Below the pieces are notes generated by a model that saw nothing but the letters and a program-made list of their open reading frames with translations, was not told the origin of the DNA and ran no database searches. Position numbers and translations under genes: made by a program. Positions 41,951 through 57,205 of a stretch of DNA of 64,000 bases are shown one piece after another (the stretch's first letter is position 1; each line of letters begins with the position of its first letter). The DNA is from Stylophora pistillata (lineage: Eukaryota). The DNA is taken from the NCBI RefSeq assembly GCF_002571385.2, contig NW_019217872.1:448046-512045 (forward strand), given 5' to 3'.

Positions 41951-42971
41951 AGAGATTATACATACATGCCAATTCAGAAACTCGCCTAATCAGTGTAACT
42001 AACCGACCTTCAATTGCGGCTTGTATCCCTAGAAACCAAAAAAACTATAAACTTCTCGAGAAGTGAATAGCAACCGTATTGGCGTTCAAGTTACCTCCAG
42101 GAAATGCGGATAATCAGGATGATCTTTAAGATTTCATAAATCGAATACCGAGGGGGTTAAGAATGCAATGGCCAGCCAAGGCGAATGGCACGCGACGTCA
42201 AATCTCTCAAAAATTATGGCAGTACATGAGGTTACGTCAGATCGACAGAGGTTTGTCCGTAGGGTTTAGTTTATGCACTTGTTTGTTTCATGATAGTATT
42301 TCTGGAGTAATCAGTACTCGGGCAATCTTCTTCGTGTAGTTTTACTTTTACTCGAATTACGACAGGCGAAACGTGTTATCACTTATTTTGTATGGATTTC
42401 GTCAAAAGCTGCCAACATACATGACCTCACTGAGCTGTGCCACTGCGTTGTTTCAAAGTAAAATCATATCTCCAAATTAACCCTTTGCAGGGGAGGGTCG
42501 CTCCAAATGTTTCAACAGTTCTGTGTGCGGTAGATAATTCCCAGTGCGGTGAAAATCATTTTCCGTTCTTCTTATAATCGTGCCTATCAAATTATACCAC
42601 TCACAAAGTTATGGGCTTTGCAATTTTCTCATGCTACAACACTTACCTAGTAACGAATCGGAGGAACAAGGCGCGCAGATCACGTGAGGATGAATTGTCT
42701 TTATTGATGTGACATTACAAATGAAAAACATTCACTTTCTGAACAGGTCTTACATGGTTGGAGTTGTGAAATTCTAAAGCTAGCCAGTGAATGGATTCTC
42801 GTAAAGTAAAAGTTGGCAAATAAGTCCACAATGAGGATATTTTTAGGTCGATGATCGTCTTTATGCTATTTTACATAGCTCTGTTTAAAGCCAGCCAACA
42901 ATTTCTGATCTAATTAACGTTTTGCCAAAAGTGACAAAACCTGCACCCTTTCCTTAATATAGAGTTTCAAA

Positions 42972-43082
42972 CATTTACCGCTCTTTTGTTCGTCAAGTGG
43001 AAACATCCCACGGTTCATCAAATATTATCTTAATTGGCTGTCAAAGCATTAATAGTCCGGATGCTGGTATCATAATATTTAG
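42972..43082 (+). promoter_or_regulatory. conserved proximal promoter of homeobox C
   Basis: CATTTACCG...AAGTGGAAACA...TAATTGGCTGTCAAA...GTCCGGATGCTGGTATCATAATATTTA. Confidence 0.8.
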
Positions 43083-43188
43083 CAGCTATGAGTTAACACA
43101 AATTTGTGCAATCTCGTGGGCGTTTCAATTTCTCTCAGTGAGTGGCTCGTAGCAGATTTATCCCACAGACTCGTAGCAGATCAACTTC

Positions 43189-43954
<766 letters not shown>

Positions 43955-46136
43955 ATTCTTCATTCTTCTGTTTCTTCAAACTGTGCTATTCTTCGGCAGG
44001 TCTCCTAATCTGTAATTTCGTGGTGGCTATTTATAGTTCAGAACTAAATTAGCCTCTTGTGAATTTTTTACACTAGTTTAGAACATTCTTGCTCAGCACC
44101 TTGTCTGAAAATTCATAGCAAAGGCGTCGTCTCCTCACTGGAAACAGGAAGAACAGTTTCAGTCTGATGGTGCCGAAACTACTACTTTGAAAACAGACTT
44201 ATTCTACTGTGCACTTTCAAACCGAACTTCTATGAAGAAGTATGTTCGCTGTCGTCCACAACAGTTCTTTATAGCACTAAGTATTTATTAACTGGTTAAT
44301 ATCACCAAAGAATGATTAAATAAGACTTCATATAGGCATGAGATGTTCTTGTTGGTATTTAGACCCGTAAGTGAAGGCTTCCTTGACGAAATAGCGCTAA
44401 TATTTGATAAATGACCTAGAAATACCTCTAAAAAGATAAAAAAAAATGTGGAATAAACATAACAGTATTGTGTGTGCGTCACATTTTTGCGATACTTGCT
44501 GATTGTAAGTGATGACGAGCCGACGAAATTTGAAGTAAACCATGTGCAAGTGAGGAATTCGCGACTAAGCTGAATACTTTTCATCTTTGGCCATCTCCTT
44601 GAAAAATGCATTTTGAGGTCCTTAAACTACCAAAGAAAATCGAGTTGATTTCCAAATGCAATTAATGGAATGTTACAAAACACTTGTTACACTGAGCGAC
44701 ACGAAGCATTGACAAGTCACTGGTTACTAACAAAATGGAGAATAATGAAAGTTTATGCTAACCCTCTCTGACTCTTTCCCAGCCTTTCTCGGACTACATG
44801 CAACCCCTAAAGGAACTTTAGTTTGCATTAGCCTAGTCTTTAACTTCCATGAAGGACGGAAAATTCAAGGAAAACTCAGTAAAAAACAATAGCTAGAAAA
44901 CAATTTTAAGGTGATAAAGAAAATGTGAAATGGCAATTTCGAAAAGGGTGCTGGGATACATAAACAACTCCTGCATCTTACTGCATTCTGAGGATGATGT
45001 TTTCAATTAGGAAGAAAAATGAAGAGAAATGTAGAACATTTTTCGTGAGTGTGAGATAAAGAATTAGCACCCCATTGAGGAATAACCACAAATCTTCCGA
45101 CTTTGACAGAATTCAATTTATCGTAGAATGAGGCGGTCATCTCTTAGTAAATCAATAGACCCTCACGGGGAGCAGAAAAGAGGCTTGTTACCTTGCTACC
45201 GTGGCTCAGTAAACTGAAATATCACTAAGGAACTCGTCTATCCTTCCTGTCATTGACCTCATTGGTAAAAAAGAACACGAAGAGTCAAGGAAAACAGCAG
45301 AGTAACGATAATTCGAGTTGAATGACTCCCAGTATCAACAAATGAATTTGTTCGCTGGCCTGAAATGTTTCACCCTCAGACTATTGCCAGTTCCATAAAC
45401 GAAATAACAAAAACTAATTTTTATTCATGCTGTGTTTTTAGTTTAAAATATCTTCAGAATTATGGGATTATAAAGGCGTATTCAGTTAAAACATGATTAC
45501 GGTCACCAGTTTTATCTTAGCTGGATTTGTTTCGCCAAGTTTCATCCGTTTTTCGGAGGATAAATAAAAAAAGGTCGAAAACTGATCAGGAAACTGCGGA
45601 GCCGATTCTTTGGCTCCAGAATGTTACGCTTCAAGTCTGATCTATCATGATCAGGAAAAGCTTGCAGATTTTAATGAGAAGTTGTTTTAACTAGCTGTGT
45701 ATATTTTATCTTTCAATCTGATGAACGAGATTCGTGCATTTTTATCCTTAAATATGGCTGGTAATGAACTCAGCCATTCGAGTTCAAACCAATTTGGTCA
45801 AGTACCCGACGGTTTCCTTACTTGATATTCAAGAAATAAGTATTCAAAATAGTGTCCTTTCTGCTTTAATATACGATTTTAATGACGATGCAACCACATA
45901 ACCAAAATTCAACGATAGTTAACGAGATTATTTTTCTTTAAACCACCGAATACTCTTATTATAAGACCGGACATTAAGATGTCCTCAGCTATCCGTTGGC
46001 ATAGTCACGAATGTTTGTTGTGAAGAATCTCGTTATGAATAAACGACATTAGGTAGCCTAAAGTAATTTTTATCTCGTTTGATACCGTATCGCTAAACGC
46101 GATCAAAGCGACCAACGTCGTAAATAGTTCCAGGAG

Positions 46137-47039
46137 TTACAACTCAACAGACCTTTCTCTTCGGCGGGCGGCTCGGCTTCCCTTAAATAGTTCTCTTAAT
46201 CCTGCTCTGTACTTTGCACTTTGGAATATGTAGACCACTGGATTCACACAGCAGCTGGTGTAAACAAGAAAATAGGACAATTTGTACAGCAGGCTTCTGG
46301 TGGAGAGATTGACCGCCGAGACGAGTATAAACGGAATAAAGCATACGACAAACAAAAAAGTGACTGTTATCAAAATTGTTATAATTTTATGTTTGTCTTT
46401 GTAGTCTTGTTCGACGTGGTTTTCATTAGGAGGAAGTATGTTGTTGAAGTAAAGAGCTTTTATGATTTGAAAATAACAGAAAGTCATAGTGATGACTGCA
46501 GCGCCCACCAGTGTCGCCAACAGTGTCCAATAAATTCGGGAATTACTCTCTTTCCACTCCATAAAGCACTGCTTCACTTTGACATCGTATCTCTGCTTTA
46601 TAAACAGAGGCAAAACAAAAGCGATGGAAAATCCCCAAATAAGGGCAATCGCAATTATGACGCGTTGTTTGTGGAGTTTTAGGTGCAAAGCCATGGGTCG
46701 CAGCAAAGCATTGTATCTTTCAGTTGAAATAAGAGTGAGTGTAAGTCCTGAAACGAGTAATGTGATTCCTGCAATGAGATGCATCGTCACAAACTTGCAT
46801 AGAAAACTACCCACATTACCGCTGGGGTGCTCCACAAATCGTAGAATAATCCCCGGTACACAAAGCACCAAGGAAATGATTTCAGAAACTGCCACATTAG
46901 CCAGGAGAAAGTTGGTGGTTGTATGCATAGATCTGTGCCTTCTGACCACAGTAATAAACAAAATATTTCCCAAAATTCCAGCTATCACAATCAGGATGTA
47001 AAAAGGCAGAAGACCAATGTCTACTGACCAACTTTCCAT
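46137..47039 (-). CDS. intronless rhodopsin-class GPCR, peptide-receptor-like, 300 aa
   Basis: Seven hydrophobic segments; GN in TM1, NFLLANVAVSE, ECL1/TM3 CK, ERY, TM4 W..P, CFIPF and NPVVY. Frame intact. Confidence 0.92.
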   Translation of the reverse strand: MESWSVDIGLLPFYILIVIAGILGNILFITVVRRHRSMHTTTNFLLANVAVSEIISLVLCVPGIILRFVEHPSGNVGSFLCKFVTMHLIAGITLLVSGLTLTLISTERYNALLRPMALHLKLHKQRVIIAIALIWGFSIAFVLPLFIKQRYDVKVKQCFMEWKESNSRIYWTLLATLVGAAVITMTFCYFQIIKALYFNNILPPNENHVEQDYKDKHKIITILITVTFLFVVCFIPFILVSAVNLSTRSLLYKLSYFLVYTSCCVNPVVYIFQSAKYRAGLRELFKGSRAARRRERSVEL

Positions 47040-49732
47040 GTTTTCAAGGATACGATTAAGCGTTTCTTATATTCCCTTCCGCTGGCATTTTGAGCATGTA
47101 CTGTACTTAGCTGATCTTAGCTCAAAACCAAGGAGTTGAATATTGAAACCAACTTGACAGGTCACCTACTCCTCAATAAATGAGTGTGCATATATTTATC
47201 TTTGTCTCATCTGCTTCATGCTGAGAAATGACTTATTCTCATCTTCAAAGATTATGCAAAACACTGTTGTTTGTTAGCGCCTTTCCATTCAGTTCATTTG
47301 CATTACAAAGGCTCACTAAAATTGTGAGAAATTTTCCATTTCATGTAGCTGCTTCTTGAAGAAAAGCAAAGATCCACTGTTGAAAGTTGTACGTGTTAAT
47401 GAGAATATTTCTGATGCATTTGCACGGTGCACGGGTTTATTTAATGATTTTTTTTTTACACTTTGCGCTTGTTTAATGTTCGAACAGAGAAGCCACTGAA
47501 ATATATTTTTTCACTCTGACTTCAAGTGAGTATAAAGACTTTTTAATGAGTTTAATTATTTAGCACCTCAAAATGAGACAGGTGGTCGATTAGAAGAATA
47601 AGGGAAAATGATTCTTTCGATTAGCACATGAACAATATCCGGATTAAGCCAGCACTCGTGAAAGACCTAATCAACTAAGGCTCACGAATGTCCTTCTAAA
47701 TTTTATTGCTTTATATTGACCGCAGATGACTGTTGTAAGTTCGATCCCTTAAATACAACGAATTTCTTTTATATAGCAGCTGCAGTGAGTGAATCAATGG
47801 AAGGCGAAGGGTTTTATAGTGGGTGATTTATCAAATCGCTCGGAGACATATTTGGCAAATTTTTTGAACGATATATTTTTAATCACAGTCATTCGATAAA
47901 GATGGTGATAACGATAACAATGTCAACTAATCCAAGCCAAGACTTACCGATAGGCATGCGCAGTCATATAAAACACAATTTATGATTGAATTTTAAAAAA
48001 TGCTCAGGAATCAACATCTTTGTTGATCTACTAACGCAGCCAACGCTTTTGACTGTAGTCAACCTTGCAGTGGGAAGAACACAGATCCTGTCACATATAA
48101 ATCCATAACAATAACTTCTCTGTAACTAAGTGCAAGAGTATCCGATCACGAAATATAAAGGTCCAGAGTTCAGTTTCTGGTGGGAGCCTCAAATCTTTTT
48201 TAAATCCCATGCACATGACAATTTTGTTTCAAAAGAATTTTTTCATTCCTCAACTAAAGTCGAAATTTACTCTGTTCCCTTGGCAAGTCGTTTACTGTTG
48301 TCGAAGGTTGCTGAGGACGGCATAGAAGTATCACCTTTTTTAACGTCAGAGCGGGTAGAAAATATTTTTTTTAATCCGACAATTCTATTTATTTATACAC
48401 AATCCTCCTTCAACAGCCATGCGGGTCGTTACAGTGACAAAAACTCATCTTCATTCATATATATGGACCTCATGGATTTCTTTCTTTGATGAAACTAAAG
48501 TACCGAAGATTTTAACCCCCGGTTTAACAAGAAGCTGACTAAGTTTAAGAACGGAGTTGCTGGTTGATGTTTGCGCACGTGGACGTGGTCGCCTCTAGTA
48601 CCAGGCGCCTACGGACATAATGTTGTCCTCAACCCAAGTGTCTAGGACCGGATTGTGCACAGTTAGCAAAGATATCAGAAGCTTTGACTTCAAAGCCGGA
48701 TTTACGTTTGGGGGTGAACGGCCTTATTCATCTAAATGACCGATCAGTAAACCACTTACTTGAAGGCAGTAAACGTTTATAAACAAATGCTCCAGATTAG
48801 AGTTATGACTAACTGCTTACAACAGGATTATCCCAATGACCTGTGCTTATGGGCATTTGCCCTAGTTAAGCAGGTGCTATTGGTCGACGATTCCGAACCA
48901 GTGCCAAGAAACCACAGAATACGAGACAATTTTCAGATAAATAACACACTTAGATGTTTGCCTTAAGCATAGCAACGCCTGATCCAATAAGGCTAAATGC
49001 GCAGGAAGTCAGGATTACTCATAGCATGGATTACTTTGTCAGAAAGTTAATACGTTTTCAATGATGTCGAATCTAAACATTGCACGCGAAAGGAATTTTA
49101 CTTGTGTACATGTCTTGGTCGCCCTTGAAGCAATAGATATAATGCACCATTGGTGTGCACTCCGACATACGGTCACCAAATCTTTTTTTCCAAGGAATAA
49201 ACAACCTTTAGCGTATGTTAATTTATTTTTCGCAAGTACGTGTTATTGTTATGGTGTTGCATTGTCTATGGATTATTTCAAGTCTAGTTGTTCTCAGCTG
49301 TCATCTGACATCAATTCTTCGTTCTTCATGCAACATTGGGGAATAAAACTGGAAAGGTTATATTCGGACAAATCAGTACTCTGTTACAAAAAACAACGTT
49401 TTCGATCTCAAAATAGTCACAAATATTTAAAACTTCGAGTTTAAGCGTTAGTTGATTATGATATTTAATCGTTATTAGAACATCTGTAAATTAACTCTTC
49501 GTGGGGGAATTCACACTGCACACTCAACCCATTCATCATCTAAACGGTTTGAGCTTGGATCTAACACCTTATGTCAAGTGGACAAAAACGTTGTCTTTAA
49601 AAAGGTTAAATTCTTTTATCTATCAAGCAACATTTTCTTTGAGCACAAAGTGTAAACAACCATCCCAGCATTGAAAACATAGCTTTTAAAATTTTCCAAA
49701 ATGGAACTACAGTTGGTACAGGAAATTCGATA

Positions 49733-49779
49733 ATTAGGCAATTGTCGGCTTCAATGAGCTTGACATTTGTTGAATTAAT
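49733..49779 (+). promoter_or_regulatory. distal conserved element upstream of homeobox D
   Basis: ATTAGGCAATTGTC-N15-GACATTT-N3-GAATTAAT, about 550 bp upstream of the ATG, as for gene A. Confidence 0.6.
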
Positions 49780-50093
49780 TCCAAGGCCTGCAAGGCCTCT
49801 AATAACATTTGTTTACAATTCCTCACGCAATTAGACGAACCTTGACTTCATTGGGAAAATTCTTTTTTAATTTGATTATTTGTTACTTCTAGAGGGTGGG
49901 TAAAAATAACCCAGTTTGAAGTTCAAAACGATCAGAGATTCAAGAGATAACCGCTGGGCTGAGGTGCTCAAATTTAACCGAAGACAAACGCTGTACATGA
50001 ACTCATATCTTCGCAATCAAATATTTGTTGATATAATTATCTACATGTCAAATTGATCGCTTATACATATTTCTGTTTATAGTTAGCGCTAAA

Positions 50094-50204
50094 CATTTAC
50101 CGGTTCTTTGTTCTCTTAAGTGGAAACATACGAAGGTTATCAGACATATCTAATTGGCTGTCAAAGAGATTAATCGTGTCCGGATGTTGGTATCACAATA
50201 TTTA
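50094..50204 (+). promoter_or_regulatory. conserved proximal promoter of homeobox D
   Basis: CATTTACCG...AAGTGGAAACA...TAATTGGCTGTCAAA...GTCCGGATGTTGGTATCACAATATTTA. Confidence 0.8.
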
Positions 50205-50260
50205 ACAGCTACGAATGGTTGTTGATTTTATTACTTTCTTGGGGAAGTTATCGTCATTAA

Positions 50261-51013
<753 letters not shown>

Positions 51014-54000
51014 TATTACGACTTAAGCAAGCATGATAAGCAATGTTTTTCCTCTAATCATTGCTAGTTGTTTCCATGAACTAGCCTTAATTTAAAAAGA
51101 AAAGTCAACGATTGAAAGGAGAAATAACAATCATGTCACAGCTTGTGACTTCGTAAATAAGTTTAAGAGGCAAGAGCACAGATTTCGTGTCGAAATTGTC
51201 ACTTGGGCGTGAAGCTATTCACGATCAACTGTGGGGCCATTTTAGAACATTCCAGCACTTACAGTTTGTCTCTACGCGTTATGAACAAACTAGAATGTCT
51301 GGTTTCGACTAGAATTGGGGCAAAACGTGCATTTAGTTCATACGTAAGTGCAATGTAAATTCCCATCGGCCAGGGAAAAGGATGCGGATCATCCGACTGA
51401 TTGACTGATTACTGACCGCATTCCAACCATGTCGTTTTTCGTGGGTTCGGGCGGAAACCATGAGGAGTTCAAGACCGTCTTTGAATATTAAGCCTAGATT
51501 TTGCTTTTCAAACAACTGATGTTCATTAAGTAAGCTACCCAGTTTACATAGAGCAGGTAATCCGAGGCTGAGACAATCAAGTTAACCTCGTAAACTATAA
51601 TGATTTATCATATTTCACCACTAAAACCGAAGATTCACAATTCAAGCTCGTTCCTGAGCAATAGTGTAAGCTTCCGGTGATCGAATGTTAAACTCGTCTT
51701 GATGACCTCATCATCTCCTCTAAAACAGTTTTGCTTAGTGCTGAACAGTGGAAAGGAAGTTGACAGTATTGTTCTTTAGTTCATTTATCATTTCCACCGA
51801 CAGTAAAACACTAAATCAAAAGGATAGTTTAAATGATCATGCAATCTTGTTTTTTGGCAAATAGGGAACCTCCTTGCATATGTGCATGTATTTCTAAGCA
51901 GAAATTTGGCTCCATATCTTACAGTTTGTAAAAAATAGTTATTTAATTAGTTGTCTTGAACGTTTACAATTTTGTCGCTTCTCGCTCATTTAATTGACCT
52001 TTTTAATCTGTGTATTTTCTCTGGGATGAATGCCGTTGTCATGAACGCCGCGACAGAAGAGCAATGCCTTCAATTAACACCATAATAAAAATTTTGTTTC
52101 TTTGAGTGATTGCTAAAGACTCGCTCGTGCATACACCCGCATTACGGTTTGATGTTGTTCAAGTTTACATTTCACTTCCTAAATTGATATAAATGCAGGC
52201 CAACGGTGACCCGTTTTAGGAAATATCTTTTCGTGGGAAAGGTGAGCGGTTGTTGATATTTTTAGGGGCATGCAGTTGGGGAGTTGTAAATATGGGATCA
52301 GTTCAAAAGCAATTTCTTCATTCGTTTGGTTTCACAATAACAACATTGTCCAAAAACTTTATTACTTAGCTGTGTTACCCGCAAGAATGCAGGCTAAATA
52401 GAACTCCTCAAATTCGAATTATAACGAAGCTATATTTTTAAAATATTAAACTACAGCGCAAGACTCAAAAATCAATGAATAGCAAGGAACAGCTTCGACT
52501 GAGACTAGCACTGCCGACAACCAGGGGCCACAATAACATAGTGACCCACTCGACACACTTTGGCAAACAGTAATCTCACTGTTGAAACCCACGTAGCCTA
52601 AAGAATCGAGACGTAGATTTTTAATCCACATTTCTAAGTAGTACTCAGTACAAGATGTGGTAAATTGCTCAACCGATGACTATTTTAGATTCATTCAGTA
52701 TATAGATTAAGTCAAAGTTGGAATACGTTATCACAGAAGGCAAACCAGTGACTGTTTATATGAGACAATGAAGATAGCAGAAATAATGCGTAGCATTTGG
52801 GTAAGACCTTCACTCAGACACCGATTGACTTTTATTACATAGAAAATGAGATTATTACCTCCTATGGAGGGTTGTTTTCACTTTGCAGAGAAGAAGGCGC
52901 GGTTTATCATGCAAATAAAAGAAAGCCTTGCAAAATATTCGATTTATTTCGCGACAAACAAAACAAGGGTATTTGTTAAAAAGATCAGGCTGGCGTCTCT
53001 TACGGTAATTCTGATAATGCAAGTTAAGCTGATTAAAATATACCTAAATAAAGGATGATGGATAGTGTAAAGACCCTTGAAGAGTTTTCCACTACAGCTG
53101 ACAAGGTAGAAAATGATACTCTTTCATATTTATGGCAGATCGGTCGCAGTGCTTTTTTTTTTTGCCCAATCCTACAGTTACCGCAATAGTGTTGGAATGT
53201 TTGCCACAAAGATAAGTGGAGTATTCGAGTTCTATTGACGACTAGACCTCTTTCGCTGAAGAGTGTCAGCTTACAGATTGGTCAAAGATAGATATCAGTG
53301 TTCTGTGTAAGCGGAGTAGTTTGTCCTCATCAGTGAGTCCTTCATGGCACCTGTATAGAGATTCAACCTGGCGAGTCTACCGTCATATCTCTTAACTAAA
53401 GTTAAGTTTGAAAGCTATTGTGACTTACGAGATCTCCAATCTTAGACGGGCAGCTTTTCGTGGCGTTGACGCGGCGACAGCATCATAGCCAAACCAAAGT
53501 CAAGTTAGTTTTCCAGCTGGTAAAAGATGGTCGGTATACTTGACTCAGTTAGGAAGATACGTGATTTGGAGAAAATCAAATCTATTTCATTGACATGTCA
53601 AGCACATTGGCTGGACTATGAGGACTCAGGCAGATTTATCAACTAAATTTCGGAGAGACAACACTCAACGAAATTTCACTGTGAGCATTTTTATATAGGT
53701 GCCTTATCGTGCAGCCCTTCAATTAATTCACTTGACCTCTTAGAAAGAGAGGATATTTCATTCATCAAGCAGATACTCTTACCTACTTCGGATAAAGCGA
53801 AAACAGAAATTGTATCACGCAAGAGGGGAACAGCTCCGACTTCCAGTTATTGGCAATATCTTAATTGGTGAGTGTATAACTAACAGATAAGTTAAAGCAT
53901 CGAGTCAATTTAATTTTTATACGGGTAGAAGCAGTTTTCCATAATTCTGTACAGTTATCATGGTGATAGTACAACAACAATCGATTGGTTGCGCACGAGT

Positions 54001-57000
54001 AAATGGTTTTTAGTAAGCTGCATTATGCATGAAGATGAAAAGGTTTGTCAATTTTCAGCTCTACAGATATTGCGAGTAATCAGTGGTTGCTAAAGTCACA
54101 TGAAAACGAACAGAAAAAAGCATCAAAATTTCTGCTCATTAATATCAAATTTGCGGGTTTAGAGCTGTGCCAATTCATGGAGATAAAACAAATGCGATAA
54201 AGAAATATCTCTTCAGAGGCCAAACTTAAAATGACTTGCAAAGATTGCAATAGTATTGATACCCATTGACATAGTAAGGTCATCTTTATCAAATGACTGT
54301 TCGACTTCGAATTTAAGAGCAGAAGCAATAAATAAGAAATGTTACATTCTATACTACGACAACGTTTGTGGCATACACGACATAGAAATATAAGCAAATG
54401 GCAGTTGGTCTGTTGAAAAACGAAAAAAAGACTTAATAAGTTATTCAAATACGTAGGAAAACACGTAATAGTTAAACTACAATGTTACTTGAAATTCAGA
54501 ATACACCACACAAACACGAGAAACCAGGAAATAAGTGAACGTAACAGCCGTTGTAAAATGGAAAAATCAGTTGCAATTGCAAGACAACGATGTGAATTAC
54601 GGCTTACATTATTGAATGTTGCTAAAGAAGGATGGCCGCGAAATACCTCATCATTTACGACCCATTAGTTAATGTTTTTATTGTTTGTGTTATTTCTCAC
54701 AACGACTGACGATATTGATGACAATCATGAGATTCACTACAGGAACGACAATCACCAGGGCAACAAGAATCACACCAATCACACTCACGATCACTATCAC
54801 AATCACGATATAGAGATATTCCCAATGTATTATTTATTAGCGGAGATAGATAAATTACAGACTTTTATCTACGGAAAAAAGCCACGCGACGCGAAATTAG
54901 ATAATGGACAGCTTGACTGGCTGGAGATAGAAGTGATTTAAAGTTCTGAACACCTAAACAAAAATTCATCTGACGATATAAAAAGAAACGTTATCCTGAT
55001 TATCAAAAGTGCAGCTCCAATGCGACGTAAGCGCCTTTCAACAAATTTCTTCCGGCCGGCTCCAATTGAGCCCAACTGTTAAAGATGATCTAAGCTTCTG
55101 TAATCAATCCACTTTGAACAGATTACGTCAGTTAAAACTCTTTCAAATGGCGCGGAGCAACTTCAGAATACCCGTCCACATCATTTACATGTGTCGGGAG
55201 GCTTTGAAGAATGAAGCACAACACAATAGATGCTATTCTTATTAAGTCCTTTAGGATTTGTGCCGAAATAATCACTCGATTATTTGACTTATTTTCTTTT
55301 TGACAGTATAAATACCGTTCAACTTCTCAACAGGAAGATAAGAATCCTATCATTCACTGTTGATGGTCTGTGAGATAATTATCTTGACCCTTTTAAAATA
55401 GCACCATTTATTGAAATAAATCAACGGAATCATTGAACTGATTAATAAAATAATTTCCTCATTCATGTTGTTGAGAATCTGACGGAATCGCGTCGCCACA
55501 TAGACTCATTGTTGTCAAAATATATTGAATTGTCTCTTTTACAGTGATAATTCTTTGTGGTTTTCATCTGACATTTATTTGTGCTGACAAAGGATTTATT
55601 AAGTAAATAATTAGTAAGGATTGTTTAGTTTTTGCATGATTTTTTCCTGTCGCGGCCCTAGCCGCAAGAATTTCTCACGATCCTGACGGAAGCAGATATC
55701 TCTGTCCTGAAGCTGTTAACTGTATTACTTACTGTTCGGTGTCGCCACTTACATTAAAATTCCACGCCCAAGTCTTACATATTTTTGAAGAAAATTCTTT
55801 GAGGAAGTCAAGAAAATTCAAACACTAAAAACCTGAAGGATTACATGGTGACCAAACCCATAAAATGTAATGTTGTATGTCGCCATGTTCTTTGAAAATC
55901 AACTCAGCTGATCAGTCCCTTGGCAAGTAACGAAAAAGGAAGGAAAATTTACTGGCCGTTCCGACTGCTGCCACTGCCTTAACTTTGAAGGGTTTGCGAA
56001 AATTGCAGAACCGTCCGGCATTTTAGAGTAAAATTACCAAAGGAAAGGCCAAGAATACTGAGGAAACAAACCCACATCTTACAGTTGACGTCATATTTAA
56101 CGTAAAAATAATTTATTACTTTAAACCATTCACTAATTAACATACTGAAAAGTGATCGATGTGATATGTGTAGTTATTATATTAGCAGTATAAAAAAATA
56201 CGATTTTCTTCTCGACTGTATAATTATTATATTCCACTTCAGGAAGTAAAACACTTTCTTGAGCAGATTCGTGAAGTGAATTTAAAAGACCGAGATGGGA
56301 TTTTGTAGCCACGAGACTCAAGTTGTGTTTAAGAAAATTCTTCATGGAACTGATGTCTTTCACAGCATTCCTTACATAAGCAGATTGTGAAGGGAAGTTA
56401 CCAGACCGGAAAAAGAATTTTGTGGCTGTAAGACTTATCTTTAAGAAGAGTCATAAAACTCTTCCTGAGAACAGTACTGCCTATATGCACCGGCAACTAA
56501 ACAGTGCGGAATTGTTGAGTATATATAGTGACGCCAGTGTCGGCGCTCAGCATATGATAATCTCAGGTTCAATAAACAGAGACGTGGTAAGCTGATTTGT
56601 CATAATTATTGGCCTGGCAGGTTACCAAAACCTTGCAGGTTGTTGATATCCGGCGAGGTCCTTCATATCAATTACATTTGCAAATGATTTACTCTGTTCA
56701 AACGTGCTCATGGTTTGCACGCCCCAAAGGGAGTGAGCGATGCCCTGACAAAACCTTTGAATGACTTAGTGGCGTCGATTTAAAAAAAAAAAAACAGCTT
56801 TCCTTGTTTACTCCAACCTAGAATAACCGCATGGCATCAACCTCCGGTTCGAACTAAAACAACGAATGCATACGGGCAATGAGTTTATGAGGGTAACAGG
56901 ATGACAATTCCAAATTGTGCTTGACGTAAGAAAAAAAAAAAGGATAAGTCCGGATAACGGCCATTTACGTCTTTGACTAAGCTGACGTGGAAACATCTTT

Positions 57001-57205
57001 CAACTGTAGTAATGCAAGTATTGCTGCGTGATTGCAATATACACGAAAGCGGAACTGAAAAAGAAGGCTTCCCTTGTAATAAGATATGACAGGAAATTAC
57101 TACTCAATACTGACGAACGTGATCGCGAATAAGACTCTTTTAGCTGGTCAACCTTGAATACTTGAAGTCAGCGCAAGGAATACCATTATTTGCTTAAACT
57201 GCAAC

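Noticed and set aside
44163-44180. hammerhead-like ctgatggtgccgaaac
   Set aside because: Core mismatch, no stems and no retroelement context.
46221-47001. plus-strand ORFs of 153 and 140 aa
   Set aside because: Antisense shadows of the GPCR; likewise the ORFs antisense to the homeobox genes.
54672-54941. His/Asn/Asp-rich ORF with hydrophobic start
   Set aside because: Best explained as a decayed trinucleotide repeat; no independent support.
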